46,928 nucleotides of DNA from a virus (taxonomy: Duplodnaviria; Caudoviricetes). The position numbers and the translations under genes are program-made. Shown piece after piece: positions 7,657-16,705 of this stretch. The stretch is from positions 1 to 46,928 of IMG/VR virus record IMGVR_UViG_3300033145_000480; one strand, 5' to 3'. The notes under the pieces were generated by a model that had not been told where the DNA came from, did no database searches, and was given only the letters and a program-made list of their open reading frames with translations. Position 1 is the first letter of the stretch. Each line of letters opens with the position of its first letter.

Positions 7657-10600
7657 TTAGTCCTTTTGGCTTTCAAGCTGAATATCCAAACGGTCTACTA
7701 ATCGTTGCTTGCCCTTATGTGCCCCTCCACGCACCTGCCCTTTTCTTGCAGATGTTCGTTTGTATACGGATTTGTATCTCTGTGACTCTACTTGGCCAAT
7801 GTCCATACTATATGGCCGTATTCCCATCCATGAGCGATTTAGTATGTCTTTAGTTTTTTGGCCCAACTCAACATTGCCGTCTTTGTCAAGGGTTATACCT
7901 TCTCGCTGAATAGCTTTGCCTAATTGGGCAGGAGCGCCGAAGACGTCGCCGGCTATGTTGAGCGCTTTTCTATCCCATCGTTTCTCCAGCCAGGGCTGTA
8001 TATCAGGATATGTGGTCACGCCAACCGCGTCACGAACAACGCCGGCAAGGCCGCCGACGGCGTTAACAATCGACATAGCAGGCTCATATAACGAGTTCCA
8101 TGCAATCCTCTTGGCAAGCTCCGATCCGGTTATCATGCCCCGCTGGTATCTCTGGAAGTCAAGAATATGCTCTGGCAAACCAATAAAATTAGCAATATCA
8201 TCTAATGGCAGAGGGACGTAGTACATCTTTTTACCACGCAAACTGACTACATGAAAACTCCATCGTTTCCATGGGGGAAGAGACCGTTCATACTTCCTGC
8301 GATCGTCGTCTGAATAGTTCCATATCGCTGATATGACATAAGGGGCCGAGGCCGCCATTATAGCAGAAGCCAGCCTGCCATATTGCCCTTTTTGGGCGTA
8401 CTCTTTTGCTATTCTCGGCCACCATGGTAAATTTAAGTGCATCCAGCGATAAAACGGCACCACAAGGTCAGATAGCATCCTGCCAGTCCTGCCAATGGCG
8501 GCGTAGTCCCCGGCAATATCCCTTGCTATTTTTGCGGCCAATACGTTTTTGTCTGTTATGCCCGAAAGTGTTTTTGAGTCCTTTGTGGCATACTTTATAA
8601 TATTTTCGCCCTTGGCACCTAAGTCCATTAGTCGGTCAAATAAGGCATATCTTAACCAATCCTCACGTCCTGCACCTATCTTTCTTGTTATATTCCATAG
8701 CCTTTTGGTCTTGCTCACAAGATGTTTACCCGCCCCTGAAATTTCCGCCCGTTCTATTGTTGGTAGAATAGTCTCCAGTTCTGGCAAGTCCGTGCCGATC
8801 CAACCGGAACCAACCACTCCATATTTCTGCGCCAATGCAAATCTATCGCTCTTTTCTCCCTTATGAGCAGCGATAACCTCTTTCCAATAATTAGATAGAT
8901 ACTTTCCTTTTAGAGCGCTCGGCAAAGCAACAAACACCTTATGGGCATCGCCCACCAAATTGGTTACATGGAACGGCAGAGAGTATAGTGGGTTAAACAG
9001 TATTTGTCCCTTGACAAAAGTGTTAAAGCCCTTGACGGCCAGATACGCCGGTGCCTGTGATATGGGTACTGTTGGCATTTTATGTATCTGCTTGGCTATT
9101 TCTTCCCTGACAATAAAACTCTTTTTCCTACCAACAGCCAGTATTTTGCGAACTTGAGACGCCGCCTTGTCGTCAAGCATATCTTCGATGGAGTCGAGGT
9201 TCTGAGCAATAATGGCCTTCGCCATATCCTCAGTAACACCATTCGCGGAATAATAAAACCTGCCCGGCATAACGACCACTTCTTTATACCCTTCCGGTAC
9301 AAGGTTCCGAACCTTTGTGCCATCGGCAGCCTTAGTAAACTCTTTCCATTTTGGGTGTTCCTTCTCAAAAAAGTTGACTTCTTCCTCTTTCAGGGTAGTG
9401 GACAGGAACCGCGAATAATCTACGTCACGCTGAACCTGCGACCAATGCTCGGTAAGTCGTTCCATTATGTCGGTTGAATAGTCATGCCCACCTTTACGTT
9501 GCTTCAAATAGCCTTTTTTGTAATCGGCAGGCTTTTTGCTTGGTATGCCGAGAAAAGCGTCGCTTTCTCTCAGATATTTAATAACCCTGTGCGGGAAATA
9601 AAACTCTTTAGCCTGCTCTTTTGACAATTGCCCTTCCGATACAAGTAAGTCGCCGAATTCCTGCGTAATCTTTCGTATTCTATCGTAGGCTTCCCTGACT
9701 GACGGATATTGTTCGTACAATTCGTCGCCACGAGCTTTCATTGCAGCAACAGAGTCTTTTGTCATACCAGATGGCAAGTCAACGCCCTTCCCAATATCCT
9801 CAACCAAATCGTCGGCAATAATCTTCATCTCTAAGGCTTTCATTCGTGCGGTGGCTTCACGCATTGTGCCTTCTGTCGGTTTTATCGCCCATGACATTTT
9901 TTCGACAGCAGTATCATGAGCAAGTCGAGATATTTCCTCGGTACGCCGAAAACTCTCTCTTATATTTGCGAAATCTTTCGTTTTTGGTAGTTCGGGTAAG
10001 TAATGAAACCCTTTAACTGCGGCACGTATATGACCAGCCACCTGTCGCAGTATCCCCGGCTGACCGCTACCGGTAAACCCTTTTGTTCTCGCCAAGAAAG
10101 CATCTGCGCCCTTAGAACCAGTGGACATATCCTCTTTAACAATAGCACTTATCTTTGCCGTTGCTCTACCTGATCTGCCGCCGACAAAACCACCTTGTTG
10201 GCTTGGAACGTCGATGGTTGGGTCTTCGGCTGTAGGAGTGGGGAACGATAAATAATCGCCCGAAACGCCTTCAAATTTTGCTATAGCAACGCCTCTTTCC
10301 TCTAAAATATCCTTATTTTCATCACTCAAGTTTGTGGTTCTTACGGTAACTTCGCCTGTATCGTCGATATGAGTTGATACAGTATTTATCCCTGCATCTT
10401 GAATTTCTTTGACAATCTGTGCTGCGCGTTCACCTTCGTTTTTACGAACGGTTTCGACAATCTTTGCTAATTCTTCTTTTGGTTCAGCTAAAAACACGCC
10501 TTCCTCAAATTGACCTATTTCGCCTTGATTGACAAGAGGTTTTGTTACTTTCCCCTCAACTGTCTCGGCTTCGGCTGTGGGTTCTACAACTCTCTCTGCG

Positions 10601-13044
10601 GCTTCCAGCCCGCCTTCCGCAGGCTCCCGTAAACGTATGCCTTCCACTTCTTCCCGCCTGGCTTCAATCCCTGCTTCTTCGCCTGCAACTTCAATTTCGC
10701 CTCTAACTCTTTCGGCATCTGTGGGTACAATCGCATCAGCGGCGACAGGTTCGGTCACTACGCCCTCTGCTGTGGGGGTGGGTTGGGCTGTGAACTCTTT
10801 AATAGCTTTATCTGCCCACGCCTTACCGCTATACTCTTGTAGTACATTTAGTGGAACATGCTCCCCTCGCTCTACTGCTGATTCAACGATGGCTTTGTGA
10901 TTACTAAACTTAGTCCTTGCTCTTCCACTTATTTCTGTCCTAGCAATGTCAACTATCTGGTTAGCATTGCGTACAACCCATATTGTGTCTATCCCACCAC
11001 CATCAGTAGTGTTAGTTATTATGATTCCATCGTGACCCTCTTTCCATGCCTTTTTTATTTCCGTAGAATATCTCGATGTTCTGTTTCTACCTTTCATAGA
11101 AATCATTTTTGGATTTTTCATTATCAGCTGGGCTTCCCTGACATTAGAATCGCTTGCCGCAGTCCTAGCCCCTGGTATCAATTTAGGTGTAGTTTTCTGC
11201 TTTGCCGCCCTTGCTTTTAGGTCGTCCACTATAGACTTCCAATGTTCGTAGTTTTGTTTGCCACGCTTACCTTTAACGATTTTCCAATAATCAGCAGTTA
11301 CTTCTGCTGTATATATATCTGTATCTGTTACTGTTTCTGGGTCAGCAAAGTCTCGTTCTGTATAATTAACAGCGGTTTCTGGGTCACTAGCAAAGAAGAA
11401 CCCCATTTTTGCGCTTGGTGCGCCAGTGTTCTTGCCTAGTGTTTTTTCACTAAACTTTTCAAACATTCTGCTAGTGCCGTGGTGTACTGTTATAGGCTTG
11501 CCGTCTGCCGTAGTAACAGGCGTACTTTCGCTAGAGGATGCTATGTAATCGTCTGATGATGTTATCTGTACGTTGGATGCCTTGCCAAATGTTTCAGCAA
11601 ACTCCACGCTGGTCATTTCATGAACTTGCTTCCCCTCCGCCTTCCCCGCGCCCTTCTGCTCTGTGGGGGTGGGTAATGCCACTTCCCCCTCTACGGCCTC
11701 TGTCACTTCACCTGTGTCAATCCTCTCTTTCTCAGCAACAGTATCATCAAATATCTGTTGTCGTTCCTTTGCTGTTGTTTTGCGGTCAATGCCCATGTCT
11801 TTCATGTCTTTGCGACTGAAAGTGGTCTTGCCTTTAGCGAGTTGGCCGGAAACATATTCCATCCCGGCTACTTGCGGTTTTGTAGGGACTATACGGCCTG
11901 TAGGCTTGACGGCAGCACGTTGTAAGCGGGTGGGTGGAACTTCGCCGGTTATCTGCAAACCCCTGCGCCTCGGACCCCTTTCAACAATATCGCGATCGAT
12001 CGGGGCAGTATAGTTTTTCATCGCTTGCACAAATTTTCGGTCCGCTTCTCTTGCTACATGTTTTAACACAATTTTTTGTTCTACGGAAAGATCTTTTGTG
12101 TTTATCCCGCTTCGCTTAGCAGAGCGCAATATTTGCTTAGTGAAATATGCCGATGGATTCTTTCTTACAGCATCGGCTAATACGGGAAACTTTTTAGTAA
12201 ACTCAAGTACAACACGATGTGCCGCATCAGAAATTGCTTTGGCCGCAGATGTTTTTGCAATAGCCGCAAGAACCGGTTTGGCAGCCGTACTTAATAGACT
12301 AAATCCAACACCCATACCAAAATCAGCTAAAACTCCACCGGCGCCATCGTATTGATAATCTGTTTCCGGGTCAATTACGCCAGCACTAAGTTTTGATGCC
12401 TCCCTCGCTGCTCTGGCAAGCGCCCATTTCTCACCATTCCTTAATGCCGTATCGAACAAATTGGCTGATTTGGGCATTGGGCCAAAAGCCTTTTTTGCGG
12501 TTTTAAGACTACCCATAAACTCCGCAAGACCTGATACGCTACGCGAAAATTCAGACGGGTTGTATCCCATAGCCCAGTCCATCGCTTCGTCAAGTGTCAT
12601 ATTTTTGACTTCATCTACCCACATGCTTTCCGGTGTTATTTTTTTTATCGCCGCCCATGCCACTTCTGGCGCACCAAGCATCAACCCCTTGCCGTATTTA
12701 ACAAAAGTCCTGACTGGCATAGAAGCTACACTTTTAATTACGTGCTCTATTTTCTCTCTGCGACCAGCATCGCTTGGTAAATAAGGTCTGTCCAGTGGGT
12801 GTCCAACAAAAAAATCACCTATTTTTTGTGAGATTGTGCGTTTCGGCATAGCCTCCCATTGCATTCCTTTATCTGCTGGTGTCGCACCTACAATCGGCAG
12901 ACCTGATGGATCAGGTAGTTGCTCTGGAAATTCACCAAGTCCTATCGGCTTTTCAACTTTCGGCTCTGTCAGAATATCGGCGAACATGCCACCCGTTTTT
13001 TGAGGTTTTTTTTCAACTATATCAGCGAATAAGCCCATTCTCAA
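7657..13044 (-). CDS. Large internal virion (ejection) polyvalent protein with ADP-ribosyltransferase-like domain and C-terminal LPD38-like region
   Basis: 1795 aa, last gene of the structural operon; DGKPITVHHGT...GFFFASDP..A..Y...L.MKNP...GHDGIII...VV.NANQI (ART-PolyVal pattern); PPWKRWSF...YYVPLPLD near the C terminus. Confidence 0.75.
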   Translation of the reverse strand: MRMGLFADIVEKKPQKTGGMFADILTEPKVEKPIGLGEFPEQLPDPSGLPIVGATPADKGMQWEAMPKRTISQKIGDFFVGHPLDRPYLPSDAGRREKIEHVIKSVASMPVRTFVKYGKGLMLGAPEVAWAAIKKITPESMWVDEVKNMTLDEAMDWAMGYNPSEFSRSVSGLAEFMGSLKTAKKAFGPMPKSANLFDTALRNGEKWALARAAREASKLSAGVIDPETDYQYDGAGGVLADFGMGVGFSLLSTAAKPVLAAIAKTSAAKAISDAAHRVVLEFTKKFPVLADAVRKNPSAYFTKQILRSAKRSGINTKDLSVEQKIVLKHVAREADRKFVQAMKNYTAPIDRDIVERGPRRRGLQITGEVPPTRLQRAAVKPTGRIVPTKPQVAGMEYVSGQLAKGKTTFSRKDMKDMGIDRKTTAKERQQIFDDTVAEKERIDTGEVTEAVEGEVALPTPTEQKGAGKAEGKQVHEMTSVEFAETFGKASNVQITSSDDYIASSSESTPVTTADGKPITVHHGTSRMFEKFSEKTLGKNTGAPSAKMGFFFASDPETAVNYTERDFADPETVTDTDIYTAEVTADYWKIVKGKRGKQNYEHWKSIVDDLKARAAKQKTTPKLIPGARTAASDSNVREAQLIMKNPKMISMKGRNRTSRYSTEIKKAWKEGHDGIIITNTTDGGGIDTIWVVRNANQIVDIARTEISGRARTKFSNHKAIVESAVERGEHVPLNVLQEYSGKAWADKAIKEFTAQPTPTAEGVVTEPVAADAIVPTDAERVRGEIEVAGEEAGIEARREEVEGIRLREPAEGGLEAAERVVEPTAEAETVEGKVTKPLVNQGEIGQFEEGVFLAEPKEELAKIVETVRKNEGERAAQIVKEIQDAGINTVSTHIDDTGEVTVRTTNLSDENKDILEERGVAIAKFEGVSGDYLSFPTPTAEDPTIDVPSQQGGFVGGRSGRATAKISAIVKEDMSTGSKGADAFLARTKGFTGSGQPGILRQVAGHIRAAVKGFHYLPELPKTKDFANIRESFRRTEEISRLAHDTAVEKMSWAIKPTEGTMREATARMKALEMKIIADDLVEDIGKGVDLPSGMTKDSVAAMKARGDELYEQYPSVREAYDRIRKITQEFGDLLVSEGQLSKEQAKEFYFPHRVIKYLRESDAFLGIPSKKPADYKKGYLKQRKGGHDYSTDIMERLTEHWSQVQRDVDYSRFLSTTLKEEEVNFFEKEHPKWKEFTKAADGTKVRNLVPEGYKEVVVMPGRFYYSANGVTEDMAKAIIAQNLDSIEDMLDDKAASQVRKILAVGRKKSFIVREEIAKQIHKMPTVPISQAPAYLAVKGFNTFVKGQILFNPLYSLPFHVTNLVGDAHKVFVALPSALKGKYLSNYWKEVIAAHKGEKSDRFALAQKYGVVGSGWIGTDLPELETILPTIERAEISGAGKHLVSKTKRLWNITRKIGAGREDWLRYALFDRLMDLGAKGENIIKYATKDSKTLSGITDKNVLAAKIARDIAGDYAAIGRTGRMLSDLVVPFYRWMHLNLPWWPRIAKEYAQKGQYGRLASAIMAASAPYVISAIWNYSDDDRRKYERSLPPWKRWSFHVVSLRGKKMYYVPLPLDDIANFIGLPEHILDFQRYQRGMITGSELAKRIAWNSLYEPAMSIVNAVGGLAGVVRDAVGVTTYPDIQPWLEKRWDRKALNIAGDVFGAPAQLGKAIQREGITLDKDGNVELGQKTKDILNRSWMGIRPYSMDIGQVESQRYKSVYKRTSARKGQVRGGAHKGKQRLVDRLDIQLESQKD

Positions 13045-13999
13045 TCATCCTCGTAATAGCTTTTGTGATTTTATCTCTATCGCCTGTTTTGACTATCTCC
13101 TCAAACTCGCGAATAGATTCCTTGTCGTCGCCAAGCAGTTCGCTGACATAATCAATTGCACCTTCGGGATTTTCAATTGCATAGTCTATTGTGTCCCCAA
13201 TTTGCTGTTGGACTGCCCTTGCGGGTTGTAGTGCTAATATTTTAGCTCGCTGTTCTTCTAGTCGTGCCTCAAGAGCTTTCTCTGCGTCAAACGGTTCTTG
13301 CCCAATACTGAACGCCTGCTCTACTATTTTGCGGGTTTGTTGCGGCGAATACATAGGTTGACCATCTGGCCCTATCTCTGTTATTAAACCGGCATACATT
13401 TTGATTTTTTCGAGTTTTAGTTTCTCGTTAATTGGCTTGAATGCACCTTGGGCGTCTCTCATGTACTCGTTGCCGCTTTCGTCTTTGTAGTAGCCTTTCT
13501 GAAATACTTCGTCCGGCGTTGGCGTTTCGTCAAAAACCAAAGTAGGGTTCTTCTGAAGACCAAGATGCTTTAGTGTCAACTGGTTCTTTGCATTATTCTT
13601 CTGGCCCTCCGTCCAGTCGCTTGACTCTATCATGGCCATAGCATCGGCGATTTTTTGCATCTCTCGCTTCTGCTGCATACTATATTCTAACTTAAACCTG
13701 CTTTGTAGCTGTTGTTGTTGCTGTCGAAAAGACGCTTCGCCTGCTTCAATGGCACGTCCAGGTGCTTCCTCATAGACACGCTCACGAAATTCCTGCTGCT
13801 CTCCTGCGAGTGTTTGTGCGGCCATACCTCTTTGTTGCGCGGCGGCGGCACTGGCGGCCTGAATACTAAGCTGTCTTTGCCTAAGCGCTACTTCTTCGGC
13901 GCGTACGGATTCACGCTCCTGTCTCGTGCCACTACCGATAGAATAGGCTGCCTCGCCATACGTTCTACCTGACGGGTCATGTCCAATTGTAATAGGCAT
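13022..13999 (-). CDS. Putative internal virion protein
   Basis: Q/E/A-rich helical 325 aa protein directly before the large ejection protein. Confidence 0.6.
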   Translation of the reverse strand: MPITIGHDPSGRTYGEAAYSIGSGTRQERESVRAEEVALRQRQLSIQAASAAAAQQRGMAAQTLAGEQQEFRERVYEEAPGRAIEAGEASFRQQQQQLQSRFKLEYSMQQKREMQKIADAMAMIESSDWTEGQKNNAKNQLTLKHLGLQKNPTLVFDETPTPDEVFQKGYYKDESGNEYMRDAQGAFKPINEKLKLEKIKMYAGLITEIGPDGQPMYSPQQTRKIVEQAFSIGQEPFDAEKALEARLEEQRAKILALQPARAVQQQIGDTIDYAIENPEGAIDYVSELLGDDKESIREFEEIVKTGDRDKITKAITRMIENGLIR

Positions 14000-14002
14000 T
14001 TC

Positions 14003-14647
14003 TTAACTCCCAGTATTACCTAATTGTTGCATTAGTTGAAGATAAGTATTCTGCTCTGGATACTCGTCTGTCCGGCGCTCCATAAAGTCAAGTTTTTCTC
14101 TACTCAGACCGGTCGTATAACCCAATTCTCTACTACTCAAACCCTGTAAAGCACTGACCTCCTGAGCGCCAAGATTGCTTATGTATCCAAGCTTCTCTCG
14201 CCTCAGGTTTTCTTCTGTTCGCCCTAATGTGCGTTGCATGGCCTCTACATTTTGTCTCTGGACGGCAGGCGAAATCGTAGTTGAGTGCAAACCGCTACTG
14301 ATAAGATTTTGCGCTGCTTGAGAACCAGACTGTGCGTATGTTCTGCGTATATCCGATTTCTCCGCTTCGCCAAGGCCTTCCAGCCCACCCAGCACGTCCT
14401 CTCTGGTAGAAGCCAGCCTGCCTGTAATGTCCTCTCTTGACTTGGCTAAATCTTCAACAGCAGTGCCGTATCGAGTGCCGTATTGTTTAAGTATATCTTC
14501 ATACCTCGCCAGATTCGTAGCCTTGGCTTCATCATAGGCTGTTTGATATTCTGATGCGAGACGTTCACGTTCTTCTCTTGCTTTCTCTTCACGCTCATAC
14601 GCTGTTTTGCCGCCGGCCAACCTATATATTTCCCATTTTCTAGACAT
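14003..14647 (-). CDS. Putative internal virion protein
   Basis: Helical Q/G/E-rich 214 aa protein; position typical of podovirus ejection genes. Confidence 0.55.
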   Translation of the reverse strand: MSRKWEIYRLAGGKTAYEREEKAREERERLASEYQTAYDEAKATNLARYEDILKQYGTRYGTAVEDLAKSREDITGRLASTREDVLGGLEGLGEAEKSDIRRTYAQSGSQAAQNLISSGLHSTTISPAVQRQNVEAMQRTLGRTEENLRREKLGYISNLGAQEVSALQGLSSRELGYTTGLSREKLDFMERRTDEYPEQNTYLQLMQQLGNTGS

Positions 14648-14657
14648 TTTATTTCTC

Positions 14658-14951
14658 CTATAATTCTAACTCACTTATCCTGTCCAAAATTTCTTGCAGT
14701 TGTTTGTTTGTTATATTTGCTATTTGTTGTTCATACGGTATCGGCTCTGGCGGTGGAGTTTTGTCAGCTTCAATTTCTTCAAAAGTTTTGTTTTCAGCTT
14801 TTCCGTTTATAATTTTTTGAGTAATATCATTAGCGGCACCTTCCAATACAAATTCATTTTCCTTACATTGCTTAAAAAAATCTTGGTCATCAGAACAAGT
14901 ACCAGTCCTTAAAATTTCTCCAGATGAATTGTGTACAATAAAATGTTTCAT
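14658..14951 (-). CDS. Small tail-fibre-associated protein (possible chaperone)
   Basis: AT-rich 97 aa ORF coupled to the fibre gene; HFIVHN..GEILRTGTC pattern. Confidence 0.55.
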   Translation of the reverse strand: MKHFIVHNSSGEILRTGTCSDDQDFFKQCKENEFVLEGAANDITQKIINGKAENKTFEEIEADKTPPPEPIPYEQQIANITNKQLQEILDRISELEL

Positions 14952-16705
14952 TATTTTTTGAACTCCTTCAATACAATACTTCGGGCATGGGCACTTCCCG
15001 CACCGGAATCTATCTTAGCGTAAAAAACATAAGTGAAAGTACCCACACCCGGGGTATCCATATATACTGCTGAAAACTGAGAAGGGTCGGTTCCTGCGTG
15101 AAGATTAATTGCTTCATATAGTTTATAGCCCACTGCTCTCCAGATAGAAAGTGTTATTTTTGAACTTGAAGACGCCCCTGCAATAGCTGCCGCAGCACTA
15201 ATCTCCACAGCCCCGCTCGCTGTAGTAATGGATGCCGTTACTAATTGGGTGTCTGATGTCCCGACACTAACTGAACCAGAAGTATATGAACTTGCAGTTT
15301 TTGTTGCTGCATTGTCCCGTATTGCCGCTGTATCAACTGCCTCCGACCCCCCAACTTGCCTTAATTCTGTAAATGTTATAGTTCCAGCAACGATACTTTC
15401 AGCCGTAATCGTATCAGCCTGAATCAAACCGCCAAGCAATACTTTATGAACTGCCGCCGGAGTAGCAACGCCACTGGAGTTTATACAGACAACCCAGTTG
15501 CCCGCCCCAATAGCCGTAGCAAGCGTGGCTGTAGTCTTGAATGAAGTGTTGCCATCGTCTGCGTCCCAATAGATAAATTCGTTCGTAGAGCCGTCGCCAA
15601 CAGCCTTGCTGGTAATATTGTACCTCGTTCCGTAGTAATCAATAGTGCCCGAAGTCCAGCCAACCTTAGAAGCTCCGTCGCCTATAAATTCAATACCACT
15701 TAACATGGGCACGTCAATCGAAATGCCCGCGCCATCAGTTACAGCGTCTTTAACCAATGTCTCGGTGCCGTCTCCGTTGTTATAAAGATAGTTTATTTCG
15801 CCTTGAGATAGAACTTTGTCGAAAATCATCACATTATCTATAGCACCGTCGAAATATACACCTCCATTATAACGCCCTATTTCTATATCGACAGCTTCCT
15901 TGTTTAGTGTTGTTACGTGGGTTCCAGTTTTAGTAGAATCTACCTCAATGCTATTGACGTAAATCTTAACCACACCTGCATTATATGAAAAACCAATGTG
16001 ATACCAGCCCCCATTAGATACAACTAAATTATCCGTCGTCTGATTTGATGCTCCAGTTCCGCCAGAAGTGCCAAGCACCACTATCAGTTTTGCATCAGAA
16101 CCAGATACGTCTATTAAATCTAATGCCCACTCTCGCAACTCGCCCGACGACCTGTATTTAGTTACAATACCATCAGCGATACCAACCGCCGTTGGCTTAA
16201 TGTCCACAAAGACCGAAAAGGCATCTGAGAAATCATAGTCTGTGTGGTCGGGTATTGTTACGTATTCACTTGAGCCGTTTAGAGAAAAGGCGTTGCCAAT
16301 CTTACCAGATACAGACATTTGGTCGGTGTCAACTGAACCGGCGCCGTGATTACTCCTGCCAGAAGAATCGGCCACAAGCGTATTGGCTTCGTTTTCATTG
16401 AGCTTCCAGTGCCCAACACAATCTGCCATATTAACTGGAATATTAGATATATACCCCGGAACCCACACCGGATCGCCCCATGTTCCCCCTGTGATTTTAA
16501 GTGCTGTCTTAACACTATACCATCTTGATACGGTGGTTGGCAATACATGCCATCCGCCAGTTGAGCCGTCGCCTGTGGGATTGGCGGGCGTAGCGGTCAA
16601 GTTGCTGTCATGATAGGTCGTAAAAACCTGTTGGCCGTCAATCAAGCCAACCTGCAACTTTTGCAACTGTTGCCTTATTTGGATAAGGTCATTCTCGTAA
16701 CTCAT
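14951..16705 (-). CDS. Tail fibre / receptor-binding protein with LamG (ConA-like lectin) domain
   Basis: VGHWKLNE...DSSG...GKIGNAFSLNG...WYHIGFSY...KIYVN...IGR...FDGAIDNVMIFDKVLS.GEI..LY LamG signature. Confidence 0.8.
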   Translation of the reverse strand: MSYENDLIQIRQQLQKLQVGLIDGQQVFTTYHDSNLTATPANPTGDGSTGGWHVLPTTVSRWYSVKTALKITGGTWGDPVWVPGYISNIPVNMADCVGHWKLNENEANTLVADSSGRSNHGAGSVDTDQMSVSGKIGNAFSLNGSSEYVTIPDHTDYDFSDAFSVFVDIKPTAVGIADGIVTKYRSSGELREWALDLIDVSGSDAKLIVVLGTSGGTGASNQTTDNLVVSNGGWYHIGFSYNAGVVKIYVNSIEVDSTKTGTHVTTLNKEAVDIEIGRYNGGVYFDGAIDNVMIFDKVLSQGEINYLYNNGDGTETLVKDAVTDGAGISIDVPMLSGIEFIGDGASKVGWTSGTIDYYGTRYNITSKAVGDGSTNEFIYWDADDGNTSFKTTATLATAIGAGNWVVCINSSGVATPAAVHKVLLGGLIQADTITAESIVAGTITFTELRQVGGSEAVDTAAIRDNAATKTASSYTSGSVSVGTSDTQLVTASITTASGAVEISAAAAIAGASSSSKITLSIWRAVGYKLYEAINLHAGTDPSQFSAVYMDTPGVGTFTYVFYAKIDSGAGSAHARSIVLKEFKK

